Source of the DNA: Tubulanus polymorphus
Lineage: Eukaryota > Animalia > Nemertea
DNA length: 64,000 nucleotides
Direction of reading: 5' to 3'
NCBI RefSeq assembly: GCF_964204645.1
Contig: NC_134028.1
Location: forward strand, 22,502,345 to 22,566,344
Position numbers and translations under genes: made by a program. Below the pieces are notes generated by a model. The model worked only from the letters and a program-made list of their open reading frames with translations, did not search any database and had not been told where the DNA came from. This document shows, piece after piece, positions 1-15,167 of this stretch (its first letter is position 1; each line of letters starts with the position of its first letter).

Positions 1-19
1 ATGGTAAGGGAATTTGCGC

Positions 20-354
20 AAAACCCCACTATATCCAGATTTAAAAGTTTAAAATCAGGAACATTATTCAATCAAAAATTAGAATGACGTTTCGTACTCT
101 TACTTGAGACCATCATCTGTAGCCAGTTGCTCAAAGATTTGTTAAAAGTTAACTGGCGGATAGATACTATGGTAACAATGAAATTTAACATGATCAAATG
201 GCCCCTGGTGTTGATAATTATCTTTAGCGAGAGTTTAAAACTTCGTTCATTTTAATTTCTAATTGAATAAATTCTTAATACGTAAATCTGTATAATTATA
301 TAGTGGGTTTTTACCTAATTATCTGTCTGTTCCCCACGTTTGAGTTTGGCTATT
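20..354. mobile_element. Fold-back Penelope-like remnant with degenerate hammerhead motif; nested MITE fragment at ~121-205
   Basis: Inverted arms aaaaccccacta../tagtgggtttt, GACGTTTCG..CATCATC core, 3' tail shared with the 19943 and 46606 copies. Confidence 0.6.
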
Positions 355-1243
355 TCTACCTAAGGTAAGGAAATTGTCAGGGTAAGGATGTATGACGTGC
401 GGTGAATGGCAAAGATTCATCACTTTCTCAAACGAATGAACACAGAATCGGAATTACCGTTTACCGACAGACGAATGACGCGATACGAAAAAAAGGAAAT
501 CAACGAAAGCTTCTTGGAAACTAAATGAGCTTTAGCTGAAACACGTTCACTTACTTGTCACTGGCGCTTACAGAGACCCATCCGCAGCGACGAACAAAAT
601 TAATCCCCGAATTCATCCGATGCGATTCGAAACCGTAAAAATCCGGGCGATCGGAATTTTTACCGCAATGCACAGTCGGCGTGCGAGCGGGTGAATTGTG
701 CGTCGGTGATTGTGAGCGATAGATGTACTGATTCGTGATTAAGGGGCCTCTTCAATTATCAGTGCGCGTTAAACACTGAAAGGACACCAGCATTGCGAGC
801 TTTTTAGCCTGTATTAGTCGTAGATGTGATAAACTCTCTCGCGTAGATCTGAATGGTTTAGATAATCACGCGCTGACGCGCGGTTCTAGATTTCCGTGTA
901 AGGTGTCCGCTTAAATCTGTCGCGTGTACAGACGAATTGCACCACCGCTTCTTAACATAAACAACCAATTAGAAAACTCCGGGCACGCGCTCATTCGGTA
1001 TAGAGCCGGAACTAATTGAAAATGTATTCACATTCGTAGACGGTTTTCTATTCGTTTTTACGATATTACAAGCTGTTGGCGTTCATTTGAATGATATTGG
1101 TTTTCATTTAGAAAAAAAAACGTTAACTGGGTTTCTGTGCTATCAAATCGATTCAATGTGCGTCCGGGTATATACAACGAGCTGGTGACTTTGGATTCCT
1201 GTTGTAATGCACGCGGGTATCTGCCAGGTTTCCTCTATCGTAG

Positions 1244-1500
1244 CAGGCGTGGATCCAGTAGCACCTGAAGATTTTCAGTTTGCCCCCGAAAATCTCTCAC
1301 GTCATACATTCAGTACCACCTGAGGAGATCCAACGGTCCCTATTTTTGTATTTGGTTCTAGAAGCCCAAATGCTTGGAAACTACGTCTTATTTTGAAGAT
1401 GTTCCTTGGAAGGAACTGGCGGATATAGTGTCCCTTTGCAATAATTATTGCCCTTTTCATCGGGTGCTAACCCTGCGTTCAAGCCCTGGATCCGCCCCTG
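1244..1500. mobile_element. MITE with CAGG..GGATCCAG termini and 5-bp target-site duplication
   Basis: caggcgtggatccag ... ctggatccgcccctg flanked on both sides by cgtag; related ends near 2722 and 56723. Confidence 0.65.
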
Positions 1501-2963
1501 CGTAGCTGCTTAAAGTCATCGAAAATCCTTTAACCACCTGTGGGGGCGTTTCTGAGCACAGACACAGCGACACAATTTTATCACGCGAACACTGGATGAA
1601 GTTTGGGCGAATATTGGAAAAGACGCTTCGTATAAAAAATCAGGGCAGTATAAAAATCAATCAGTGTTTGTGGAAGACAGTTTGATCGGAATCCGACTCA
1701 CGTACTGACGCTACTCCATCATCTAGCTTGTTGAATAAATAACCACTTAATGAATTTTATTTATGAGCATCATTTTCGAATTTGCCTAACGTTCTCTGGA
1801 GATACGAACTCAGTTTTTTTCATTCGATCTGAATTTCAACTAGTGTCGATGTCGTCAATTTGAAAGGAAGTTGGAGTCAGGATTCGAATGCGAAGCAGCC
1901 ATACGGTGGAAAGTGGAATAGTTGATTGTGTTGATTACGCCACTCTTTGGACAGAGGGAAGAGGGGTGAAGGCTCAGGGCAGAGGGGAGAAGGGAGAGAG
2001 GGAGGGGATGAGGAGAGGGTTATTGAGCTCTAATTGGCTGTGTAGATTCATATTATTCTATGAAAAGATATTATTGTGTGGTACTTCATTTTATTGTATT
2101 GCATATGATTACACTTTTTGCATCCTATTATCTATGATGGTACAATAACTTGTGGTGCAATCGAAAAAACAAAAATTCGTCGTGGCTTTTGAGGGATATA
2201 CGTAGAAATTAACGTACTAGATACGTACCAGAATATAGCTACTTGAACTAGGGATTAAAATTCAATAATATCGATTCAATTCTATTCTTCAAGTCGAAGC
2301 TGTACATTTTATAGCATATATTTGCTTCAATTGCTAGTCGGTTTTTGTTCTTTTGTTTACGGTTCGACGTAGGCCCAAACGACTTTACCCAGCTGTCAGT
2401 TATCAATTTGCGCGCACAATTCCAGATTGGAATACACTTATCGAAACGCTCGTAGAATAAGTGGCGGCAACATTTCAAATATGGATCGTTCGTTAAGCAT
2501 CTCTAATACGTGTTTGTATATAGAAAACCTGCTGCAAATACTAACACGTTAAGCCGTTTAAAGCGAGTGAGGTAGCTTCAGTTAGTGTGGTCTGATATAG
2601 CGTGTTTAAAGGTGACCCAAGTCAAACAATCCGCGGCAATGTGGTAATAGCAGATATATCAAACTACGTTTACAATGTATAATTTTGCGAGATGAAATTA
2701 TCACTTCAAATTTTAGGGCCCAGGGGCCGACCCTAGAGGAGGGTGCAGGCGCACTCCCTGAATGTGTCAAGCTGCCCGGACATTTTGCGGTGAAATGAAA
2801 TATGTCAAACTGACACCTAAACAAGTTTAAATTCATAAACGTTTCTCTGTATTTCTAAATTAGAGATTATTTTTTCGTACGAACTTTCTTTCGGGGTGCC
2901 CGTATTAAGTATGATATGCCTTACTCGGTAGTTTAGGAATGTAAACATTTCATGAAATTGATC

Positions 2964-3305
2964 ATCCTCGCTTGCCAGGGTTTGAATGCCTCCTGCCAAA
3001 GCTCACGCCACCAGTCTATGTGTTAAGCCAATCAGATGCGTTGTTTTTCAACATCAGATTTGCTACGCATCTGATTGATCTATAGATACACAGACTGGTG
3101 GCCGCTCGGTGATCGTAGACTGGTTGCCGGTCCCTACCTTCTATTCTGACTGCGAGTGCAGGTGGTTCAGAATTGGAGGGCGACCAGTCTAGGTAATCTG
3201 TCCACCTAAGAAATCTTGGGCAATGTAATAGACCAACGAAGGGTTAACAGGTTGGTGTTGGCGTGAGCTTCGGCTGGCATCAACCTAACCCTGGCAAGCG
3301 AGGAT
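2964..3305. mobile_element. MITE family A
   Basis: ~50-bp TIRs atcctcgcttgccagggt / accctggcaagcgaggat; second copy at 35018, isolated end at ~8920-8938. Confidence 0.75.
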
Positions 3306-5058
3306 AATACCCAGGTTTTCCAAATACATTTTAGTATTTAGTAGAATTCATTACGGAGTGTATGGACAGGTATCGAAATTGAGGTAAAATCTTGTGTATT
3401 TAATTAAGTCATGATTGGTTTATGCGGTGTATCTGAATAACAGGTTGTGATGTCAGTGCTTGAAACCAAGCGCATGACCGGGATACGAACCGTATCCTTC
3501 GCGTCGCAGCCCGGCATAAGCTAGCCTTAAAATGTCCACGGAAAACTCAGATAGGGAATTCGATTCATCGAAATTCGCTTTGACTATAACATCTTGCGCA
3601 TTTCAATATAGAGGCTGCGTGTTACACGATTTTCCTATTTGTCGTCAAAAGCTGATTTCGAAATAACAAACAAATCAAACAATGGAAATCGTGGCGGCAT
3701 ATTTTTAACGGCGGAATGAAACAGCTGGTTTTATTGCGTTACGGCGCGCGGGACTGTGCAACAATTCATGTGCTGCAAAATAACCAGTTTACAATTCAAA
3801 AGCGGAAAACTGACAAAAGATTCGTCGACTCTGAGAATCCTTCAATCGGAAAAGGGCTTATAAAAACATAAAATCGGCGCCATTTAATGCGCAGAACATC
3901 AAAATATACGGAAGCTAATCGCGACGTCACGAAAATAGGCATCGCGCGATCGGTTTGAAGGTCGCGCGGTTGCGGTAATCGCTAAAGCTTGTGAGAGTTT
4001 ATTTGAAATGCGGAATTAGCACGACACGCCCGAGAAGCGCTGTATAGATTAATTTAGTGTCGTAATTAATCTGCAGGGTTTGGTCCGTTTGGCTTCTTCT
4101 GAACATTCCTAAAGAAAATAACTTCATTTCATTTACAGCTAGCCTGGGACGAGCTGTACAGTTGTAGCCTGAGTCGTCCAAAAGCTTTATCCATTATTTA
4201 ATCTTAAGACTAGTGTTGTTGTAAGATTTGCTACAAAACTTTGGAGCAATCATTTCAAAAAATTTCAATCATTTTGTAATCAATTTGTCGAATTTACTCC
4301 AAGAAATAGCTAAGATGTTCTTAAAGACTGGTCTTAAATTTAAGCCGTGACCTTGCACCTGGCTTGGCTCCGGAAAAATCTCTGCTTAAACCTACCTATT
4401 TAATTAGATCGTAGAGGATATCAATACTCAGTGTTGCAGGTCCGTTTTTACAAAGAACTCGATGAAAATAGCAAAGAAGCATTATCATTATTAGCATAAG
4501 AAAGAATAGTGTACTGACGCGACCGAACTCGGAGGAAAAACCTCGCTAACGGTATAGAAAACGAAAAAAACCAACTCCGGAATCCCGTATTAGGTCAGCG
4601 TCAGCTTCCAAGAAACTATCTATAAATGCATGACGAGTGGGAGGTTGACGGTAATGGATCTTCACGCGTGACTCTTCCTACTGATACCAGCGCCAAGTAT
4701 ACACAAACACACAGCGCGCACTCCTCTCACCCAGCCCCCCATTAACCGAGTACCCACACTAAATTGATGGCAGACATTGCCGCGTTTGAGTGGAGTGCGT
4801 TTTGTCGAGAAGTCGACGAATGATTAACGAACGGTCAACAAACAGCGACCGGGTCCGAACGGTTTACCGTGTTTACCGCCAGGTAGAACTTTTTTCCTAG
4901 AACTGGCTGTCCACAACGCCAACACTCAATCGCGCGGGTTTTTTTCAGGTCCACGCACTCGGTTGCGACAAAGAAGGAAATGCATTTACATCAGCTAATT
5001 ACGTATCGTAGACAAAAAAATGGTGTAATGTACTTTGTGTCCCCCAATGAGCCCAAGG

Positions 5059-5397
<339 letters not shown>

Positions 5398-8300
5398 CAT
5401 GTCATTTCGATAAACAAGCCAGCCTATAATAAGGCTTACAAGACACATTGACATTTTCAAGTACAACAAACATGTGTGTAATTGTGCCATGAATGGTCTT
5501 GAATCTTAAGAACCAGTCTTATGTCATTCCAGAAAGATGAAATACACAGCTATACGTATTATGAGTCTTACTTATTTCGTTTTCTCTTTTCGATTCGATA
5601 TTCATTTTCCCTTTGCCGATAATTTACTTTCCCTCATTATAATAGATTATCATTTTTTGCCGTTTCGTAATTCTAAGCAGACGACCGCTGAAAGGCGGGC
5701 CGCATTTTCTGCTCGGAAAGAGTTGACACTCTTTTTAGCGGTTGCGGCGAGCAATTCGCGGTATGCGTCTGATTACGAAAGTTCGGAATATTTCCGTGAA
5801 AGGAAAACGTCGTTTGAAAAATAAACTCATTCATTCGATTTCCATTGTCTGCCCGCGGTGATTGATGGTATCATCGATCAACCGTTAGTTCACGTTTTGA
5901 CACCTTTCTATCCATTGTTATTCGGGGGCGGCTATCGTTTTCTCAAGCATTTCGTACGCTCGATAAAAAAGACGTTTTCCATTTGAAAAGAAACCAGGAC
6001 AGCGACGAGTATAGATCAATGAACTTCGTCCTTTTCTGTACGCGAAAGCAGATCCTATAGAGTTTTTCAGCGCGATTAAGATCTCTTTACGAATTGGAAA
6101 CGGCGTAACTTCGATCATGCGAAAAAGAAATACTTCCCTGCAAAAAAATTTCAAAAGACGTTCCACTTCTTTAAATATTTGATTCTAAATCGGCTCGCTC
6201 GCTCGAGATTTTGTTTGCCCTATTTTTTTCCTCATTCAACTTTCGTACGCGCGCTTGTGACGTCAACGATCGCGTTAATAGGGTTCGAGTCCCGCGGGAG
6301 CTTTTTACTCGACGCGAATTTTCATTAAACTAATCAAATCTGCTCGCGCACTGATTTCTTCGGTTGTTTATCTTCGATACGGAAAAACCTGCCCCGACGT
6401 CAAACCTGCACACTTCGGATCTATAAACATCGGAATTCCGAAAATCTGCAATGTCGCCGATAGCCTGGAATGTTTCGATTACTCGCCCGTGTCACGGTCA
6501 ATCAATAAATGAACTGTCATCTGAAAAGCGTTTCACCGATTTAAATCCAGTTAATTAAGTTAGTATTCGTGTTACAATCAATAAGCAGTCTCCATACATC
6601 AACATCGCACTCTGGTTTATAGATATATACACGGTGTTGATGTGATTTTAGAGCTCGGCTTTCCCACCCTGTCTACCTGATTGGGCGTTGGTTCGTTGTT
6701 TCCACCCTCAGTGTAAGTTCAAAAGACAATTGTTTTTTTATTTATTCTGACTTTTGAATTTACAATGTGGGTGAAATAACTACAATCCAGACTGAAAATA
6801 GTCTCAACTATCTACAACAACATTTCCAATGCCACTGTCGCGGCCAATGAAAAACAAAGCATTATAAAGAACTTGACGTTTTAAAGAATGGTATATCCAT
6901 TGAATTTGAGTTAAATAGGGCAAATTTGTTCTCTAAAAAATGTCGGCGGTAGGAAAGCAATGGCATTCAAAAGGAAGGCGTTATAACGAAATTTGACTGG
7001 ATCCCGTTCCACAGTTGTGAGTTAGACTCATTGAAAATGAACTGATTTTAACTCAGAGTTAACTCATTGAAAATCAACTGATTTCAACTCAGAGTTGCGG
7101 AGCCGGACGCTGTAGTTTAATCTGAATGGTTATCTAGAAATTATCCGGTGATTCAAAATGAATTTAGGCCCTATTCTCAATCGTGGTTCCACTCTCGGTA
7201 AGGATTCGAGCCTGACGTTCACATACCATTGCTCCGTTAACCCCGTGTATAGAATTCGAGTCTATGGCGGCCGTGGTACTAGGCGGCGGAGTCCCAAGTT
7301 TAAAAGTTTCGAATTTGATCAGCTTTTGAAATATCTTCGTGCCCGGAGCATATAATGAAATGCGAATGAATAACAGCGCACAATTTTTACAATTAGTTTA
7401 TTGCTTCCATTCGCGGAAATTGTTTTTATGCCGACTTCGACTCGAAAAATCTTATTATTTCCACGACGATTGGATATTCAACATTCAACAAAGATATCTC
7501 ATAAAATCTGTCCTCATTGCGGAATTAAATGGCGATTTAATGGATAGAATGTCTTAATTAATCCTTGAAATGTTATTAAAAATGTCCTCAATTCGTAAAA
7601 TAAGATTGAATGATATTTCTAAAGCTCGGATTGTCGAAGTTCAATAAAGCTATCCATAGCGGTAGTAAAAGGTATTGTGCGAATACGAATTGATGGTGCC
7701 TTGTGAACCGACTGACGAGTTTGAGTATATTGCGAAATTCAAGAGGTCTACGTTTGCGAAACCATCACGATCCATGTGATAACTGAAAACTGTAGAATTT
7801 GGTACGGTTTGTTATGTCCAAGATAAAGATAAAAAGCCGAATCAGTATCAATCGACAAATTCGAGTATATTTCAATGCCTGGCGCAATGCCAATGAAAAC
7901 TCAAACCAAAGAGTTTTGATTCGAGTTTCCGGAAAAACTTCGCGTTAAAATGATGTAACTGACGAGTGGTGAGTGGCAGTTAAAATGTTTATGTAGCAAG
8001 TCGATCCTTAATTTTTAACCATCTTAATTCAGGTCTTATAACCTTTTTTCGGATTCAAACCTCACGCCTTCATAATATGTATCAATGTTTTATATATAGA
8101 GCAGTATTTTAATAAATAATGATCCAAATATTGTATCAATGATATCGATGATATTAAGTAACGATAGTAGATCCAGACTCGGTGAATTCGCGGCGTTCGC
8201 GTTGTTCGTTAAATATCCCGTTAAAAGTGTCGAAAGCCGTTGTATGTTACGGCGAATACGCGGGCTCGATTTTCAATGAAAAAATCATTATATCTCTCCC

Positions 8301-9288
8301 GGAGCATATCATACATATATGTATATAGCTATCTATTCAATGTGTCAAGAAAATGAACGATAGTTTCCGATGCTCTGTCGACGACGACCAAAAGACCGCC
8401 GGCTATTGTACGAATCAACCGCATCCAATTATATTTGTATCTAGATAAGTATTGTACACACATTCGATGCGCACTTTTGTGTCGGTTACTGGTGGCTCAT
8501 CCTGATTAATTCTCTGGTTTGGATATTGTATATCGTGCATTGCGTGTGCTCGATATCGGAGAATTCTATCGACAAAACGGAAAGAAGTGCGTATCATTCG
8601 TAGAGTTATGGCCATCTTCAGCCGTCAAGGGATTCAAACGCACTACGCTAAAGCTGTTCACCGAACCCCTTGACCTCACGAGTCGTTGGAGTCGTTACTA
8701 GCCGACCGGAATCCGGTCGTACCAATCACAGCGCTTGTAACAAACGACTCTATGCTTCTATTGGTTTTCCCGTTAAATGGACCAATCAACGAACGTTTTA
8801 CTGAACAAGGAACTATTTCGCAAATCGATATATGACGTCATGCGCAACAGCGCCGGTAATGAAATCACGCTTCGTAAGGCCAGGGGGCTGGTGGAAGCGA
8901 GTATGGGAGTGATACCGGACCCCTGGCAAGCGAGGATGAGTTATGGCATGTCTTGTGACGATATGAGATCGGCATGGGAAAAGTTTACGGAGGATTTGGA
9001 GATGTTCTAGTAACTTACTATAGGCCGTTGCTGTAAGCGTAGAGCTGGAGTTTGTAGTCGATGTGAAAAAGCTGTCTCGTTGAAATTCTGGGAAATGTAT
9101 TATTTCTGTTAAAAGTGGACAGCTGTCCGAATACTCTTTTCTACGTAGTTTAGTTTACTCTGAAATTGTTACAGTCACTCGGATCGTACGTCACACGTGG
9201 TCGCCATCATTCCAGCACATTTGCTCGGTCTATTAAAATCGATCTCACTTTTCTACGGCGTGGAATACATTCAGATGGAAAGACTCCA

Positions 9289-9425
9289 GGGCCAGTTCCA
9301 TAGTCATGGCTTAGACTTAAGATCAATTTAAGGCCATCTTAGTTCTCAAACTAATCTTGCAACTTTAGACCAGACCTAAGATTTATGACCATTTGGACTT
9401 AAGTCTCAACTAAGGAACAAGCCCC
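9289..9425. mobile_element. MITE family E (GGGCC termini, cttaaga subrepeats)
   Basis: Homologous to 50798-50934; further copies ~14630-14820, ~51470-51600, ~4200-4350. Confidence 0.65.
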
Positions 9426-9445
9426 TGGTTAGTAGACATAGTGGT

Positions 9446-9625
9446 AATAGGGAAGTTTCCAGTTACCAGGCGCCATTTTGAGGTGGTCCCAAAGGTGCCA
9501 AAAGAGGGATGGGTGACATAATCGCGCCAGAGGTTTTAGTTTTAAAATTGTTAAAATCTGTCCAACAATGCGGTACCTGTGGGACCGCCTCAAAATGGCG
9601 CCTGGGAACTGGAAACTTCCCTATT
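9446..9625. mobile_element. MITE family G
   Basis: ~50-bp TIR aatagggaagtttccagttaccaggcgccattttgagg; truncated inverted copy at ~28310-28440. Confidence 0.8.
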
Positions 9626-10393
9626 TAAAAGTTCATTATCCGCCGGTTACCTCTAACCAACCTTTGAGCAACTGGCCACTGGTATTGACCAACATCACCA
9701 CCTGGCGGATTGACCGAAAAGAGAATCGATTGTTGAAATAAACGTTCGGAGTTCTCGAATCGTAAAATCATTCGAAGAAAAATCATCGATCTGTAGCAGG
9801 AAATATCTCTGAAAATATGACTCTGCTATTATTAAAAGAAACTTTCGTGACAAATCGAAAGTTGTGCGAAACGCAAGGGCACGCGACCTTGGCTTAATGG
9901 AAATTTCGTTACCGATTTATGAGCATTTTCCCGGTTTGCGACACTGGTTCTGAAGGGCAAACACCCCTAGCAACGGCGACGACGAACAAAAAACGACGTC
10001 CCGGCGGCGGTGCTCGGGGTAATAATCGTCTTCCCCGCGAGAATTAACATCGCATTACTAACATTAATAATTCCGTCGCACGCGCTGTGATTATTGTTTC
10101 GCACCGAAATGACACGGAATAACACACACAGACTCTCATTTTTAAACTCGCCTCAACACGGAACACGACTGTACGTAGTAACTGCAGCAGCATGACGCGC
10201 GAATTCGAAAAACGCATTACCTCAACAGCGGGGAATATTTTGAGATTAATAAAGCTATAAATTAGAAGATAGTATATTACGACCGACTTCGAGAGAGATA
10301 TTTCGTAATTCTGAATTTCGGTGTTATCAATGATATGTATAATAAAGCATGATATGAATTGAATAGACGAGTTTTACGCGTAGATCGGTAGTC

Positions 10394-10612
10394 GGGTAGA
10401 CTAGACCCAACCCTAGCAGGCGAGTAGACTAGATCTGACCATGGCAGGCGAGTAGACTAGACCCAACCCTGGCTGGCGTGTAGACTAGACCCAATCCTAG
10501 CAGGCGAGTAGACTAGATCCGACCCTGGCAGGCGAGTAGACTAGGCCAACCCTGGCAGGTGAGTAGACTAGATCCGACCTTGGCAGGCGAGTAGACTAGA
10601 TCCGACCCTGGC
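10394..10612. repeat. 28-bp minisatellite, ~8 copies (gagtagactagaYccRaccctggcaggc)
   Basis: Seen directly; no spacers between units. Confidence 0.95.
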
Positions 10613-12654
10613 CCAACCCGAAGTTCGCCCAAGCTTCATGTCATATCACGATTCGTCACCGGAGTCGAGGAACAAGGCCATCGCTCTCAACAAAGATGGC
10701 GAGACAGATATCTTCTTCCAGGAGCAACCCACGTAACCACAATGATTGTTGCGACGGCAGGGAATTCCGTGCTCTGACGTCTACGTCGGAACGTTGACGT
10801 CACGCGCACGAGCTCCACGTATCGTTCACGCGACGTCAACGCTGTGACATTTTACCGCGTTTAGCAACCGCTTACGTCAACTACCAGACACTTAAAATCT
10901 ATTTAAAAGATTAGGCTTTCCGAAAATAGACACGTTTCGCTCGTCGCGATACTGCGTCTTCGCACTGCGAGTGCCCTGTAAATCCACTTTAATCCCGACA
11001 CCATCTGCTATTTAGAACCTATTTATAGCGCCTCTTACGAGATTATATTCCACGAAGAAGCCATTAGTTTACACGGGTGACTAGAATAACCCCGCAACTA
11101 TAGGTTTAGACATGAAAATTTTGGGAAAACTTCCATAATCTCGACTTTTGGCAAATAGTTCTTGTAAGTCAATTCTGTATTTTGGTAATACGTTGTATCG
11201 AAGGACAGAATTATCTGGGCTCAATTTATTTTTTTGTAAAAGACGGAACAAAACAAACTTTGAAAGTTTGAGGGGAATTTACCGCGAATTCTAAATGTAC
11301 ACATTATAGATTAATCACTTCGGTATCCAATCAAAAAAAACCTTATGCGCGAATCGCATTTGCTAAGCGCCGAGTTCGAATCCCGCCGACGATGTATTTA
11401 CGTGGCTCGACGTTTGTCGTTTTTACTAATGCGCGAAAATTGTCCGCTCGAATTTAACGACTTTCCGAACGAGTTGTCGCCGATGATAAATCACGATGTT
11501 GACGGTGATGAATTTTTCACGACCGAAAGTGAAAACCGATGTCGTTCGCACGAGACGATACATGTTTATATCGTCGATTTCAGGTCGAGCGACGTTCGTC
11601 AAATAATAAACCGGTTAGAAATGGTTAGTTTTTAGCGCGTGATCGTTTGTAGTCGAGCACCGAATACAGTTCATCCTTCATCGGCAGGGATTCGAACCCG
11701 ATGGCATCGCGAGATTCAGCCACGATCCAGTCAAAATGGCCACTTTGCTTAGATAGATAGATAGATCGATATTTTTATTCCTCGTAAACCGTACATACAA
11801 TATCGATGATAGTTAATAGGCTGTAGTTAATAAATGTCTAATACTCTTATCCTACTCCATTCATGATACTGTATATATGTTTATAGCCTATTCTCTGTTA
11901 CATTGATTATGTTAAAATTTCCTTCTAAACTGCTCCATTATACTGTATTATTTTTGTTTTTTTTTCTATTCTCCATGTCTCTTGTTTGTCCTTTCCACTT
12001 TATTGAAAATGTCAATCCATTGATGTATATGTTGATATTCTTATCTTTTTTATATACATGATGTTGGTTCCGAGGGATACAATGTGAGCTAATAGGCTGT
12101 AAACTTATAAACTTGACACCCAATGGGTTCCCAAATAGAGTCGGCCCAATTGGGATACCCGCACTCACCAGATGACGCAACAAAACGCCGGGTCATCCGA
12201 TAAAATTTGAACCCGATACTAAGGCTTCCAAATCCGATCATTATCAAACGAGTGATCGGATAGACATAAGATTTCCCTTCTTATTCAGTGTATGGTATAG
12301 GTTTCACTGAAAAGTGATAAACTTATCAATAAAATGGACGGCATGCCTGAACAGAGCTATAGGGTAGGCTGTATGCACTTTCTGGGACCTTCGTTTAGAA
12401 AACGTCAAGTTCATCCCACTCGGATTGTCTACTAGACGTGTTTAAGTCTGACACGTCTTTCACTGACTAGCCTGTCTATGTGAAACTCGGTTTATCCGTT
12501 ATATAGTATAGATCGAACACGGCAACCTGTCCGGGGTAGTCGCGTCTGCCACTGCCAATCAACGGAACATTTCCGCCGGCTTGAATTAAACCTCGGCGAA
12601 TTAGTATCAAGCTTCTTCGTGAAATAAATACAGATTCGACGTCGCTCGCGTGGC

Positions 12655-12779
12655 GGAGAGGGAGAGGGAGAGGGAGAGGGAGAGGGAGAGGGAGAGGGAG
12701 AGGGAGAGGGAGAGGGAGAGGGAGAGGGAGAGGGAGAGGGAGAGGGAGAGGGAGAGGGAGAGGGAGAGGGAGAGGGAGA
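12655..12779. repeat. (GGAGAG)n polypurine repeat, ~20 units
   Basis: Seen directly; source of the poly-LP/SP/ER ORFs. Confidence 0.98.
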
Positions 12780-13579
12780 CGGAGAGATGGGTATACGGTG
12801 TGTCGTATATAATGACGCGGCGATGTCGACATCCCGTATCGTCGTCGTCGACGTCGCGATGAAAACGATTTTATTAAATTTTGTGAATTTAAGCGCAGTT
12901 TGTCGTGAATAAACACCGCAAATATCATCACCAAAATAATATCCGATAGGGAAGATAGATAGAGAGAGAGAGAGAGAGAGTCGGAGAGACGGGGAAGAGG
13001 AGAGAAAACGTCGCGGAGAATTCAATTTAAATTTTGTCATCGCACATGACGCTATTTAAGCGGTTGTATTTTTTTCTATTTCCGTCAAGTTTATCAATCG
13101 TAGGTTCACGGAATATTTTAGCGCTTTTACAGCACATGACTATATTTGATGAATGCATCGCAGGGAAAATAAAAAAGCTATTGATATCTGCGGTATTCAT
13201 CAAAGACATGATACTATGACCGCGATCACACGGAGCGTTTTTGGCCTGTGCTAAATTTTGTTCATGGCTCGGAACCACTATTCCCACGGGCGCCAAATGG
13301 GCCCGGGCCAAATTTGTCCATGAATGTCGGACCAAGCCCGAGCCAAATTCTAGCATGGGACGAATAATGATTGCGTTCGCAACTGGTTCCGGAAATGACT
13401 CGTTTCGCTTTGTTTTAGCATTGTTAAGTAAGGAGTGAGTGGTTTATGTTGAACGCGCTCTCTAATTAGACTCGGGCCAGATATGTGATCGCGGCAAATG
13501 GCTGTACCGACCCCGGTCCATGTTGAAAAGAGAAGTACAACACCCTCGAGCTATTGGAAGCGTTCAGAAGTCAATCTAT

Positions 13580-13730
13580 CAGACGCGGTATCAATTTACT
13601 CCTGGGTGGAGTGAGGCAATGGTCTGAGAGTCTCGCCAGGAAGACTGCGGATTTGTCCGGGATTCGAACCCTCAACATGGCAATGGCAATCGTATGGTCT
13701 AACCCCTCACCCGCGCCGCTCCACGACTTA
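13580..13730 (-). mobile_element. tRNA-derived SINE
   Basis: Minus-strand GGTTCGAATCCC B-box followed by SINE-like body tgcctcactccacccaggagtaaat. Confidence 0.55.
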
Positions 13731-15167
13731 GCATCCCAGACTCGAACGCTGATCTATCAGGGTATATCAATCCATCAATCTGATGACGTCATAGGGAGAA
13801 TTAGGAGGCAGCGGCCAACTTTAACGGAATTGTATACCGGTTATCGATCACCACACACGCCTGGGGAGCGGGCACGTTTTATTTTAAAGGCTGTACGCAC
13901 ATCGCATTCATTACGGCCAATTTCGTTCATACATATCATAATCCGATACATATGTCCAATCGATGATAGACAATAATACCGCGAGTCCGTAGGGCAAACG
14001 AGAAGGGAGGGTCGTTTGTGTGTGAATTTAAACAGCTGTCCCGGTGGCCCTTTATATCCGTTTTATTTGCCTCTCATCGCGAGTGTACAATCTTTCCGAC
14101 GTTTAGAGGGGTTTGCTCAACGACGCCGGGTCTAACGCGCGCTAATGATTTCCAGAATTCCCGAACCCCCTCCGGGCACAAAACGTCGTAAAAGAGAAAA
14201 AAAGGAATTGCGACGGTTATTATTCTGACAACGAAAAGTATCTGAGTCATTTTGCCAAGCGTGATATACTTACTATTCCTTGGATTGGGAAAGATATAAT
14301 CGAAGACACACGTTTCGAACTAATTAGATGAAGAATTCATCAGTTCGTTTGCTGTAATTGATGTAAAGGAATGTTCAGGTAGAAAAGATCGATCAATAAG
14401 TAGATAATCTAAGTTTTTTTCTCGAATAATTTCTATAATGCAAAACCGATTTACAGCCTTCGTTTCGGAACCGACGAGATGTAATATTTTTCTAATAGCC
14501 CATTTACGTATAGGTAATTTTTGATGTTTATCACGCGAGGTTAATTCAACCTGGTCTGGAAATGCGAGACGATTCCATAAAATGGCGATAGGCTGAATCT
14601 GAATTAATCATTTTACACTTTTGGTGATGGTTCTATAGTCAAGACTTAGATTTACGATCGGCCTTAGACGACCTTAGCTCTATCTAAAAGCTCCACCTAC
14701 GTAAAACCAGTCTTAAGATTTAAGACCACTTATGTACGTAAGTCTCGATTATGGTACCGGCATAGTCATGGCTTAATTCCAAAAGTGATCTTAAATCTTA
14801 AGATTAGTCTTAATTTGTCAAACAATCGGATCTTGGGGACCGACTAGTTTTCTCCGAGACAACAAGCCCGAATTCAGGGGCAGTTAGTGCTACAGACGTT
14901 TCATCAAGGCGCTGAATGGGAATCCTGCAATATCAGCTATTCCACCAGATGGCATGACGAACACCCGGTCTTACGTCGTTAAAGTTGGTTCATTTTCAAT
15001 GAAATTCGAACGTGTTTTTAGACTCCCGAATCCATATATTATCACGGTACCCGCCGAGTATACAATACTTTCATTCATCTACTCAAACATCGGAATAGTT
15101 TTCATAACTTATTCGATCAGTTCTAATTGTTATGTAGAGGAAATCGAACGCAAAAGACCAATTAACT

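Noticed and set aside
395-412. Partial resemblance to miR-124 (gcggtgaatg)
   Set aside because: Seed region does not match and no precursor hairpin is evident
10394-10612. CRISPR-like 28-bp repeats
   Set aside because: Units are contiguous with no unique spacers, there are no cas genes, and the context is eukaryotic
12476-13040. Poly-LP, poly-SP and poly-ER ORFs
   Set aside because: Artefacts of the (GGAGAG)n repeat
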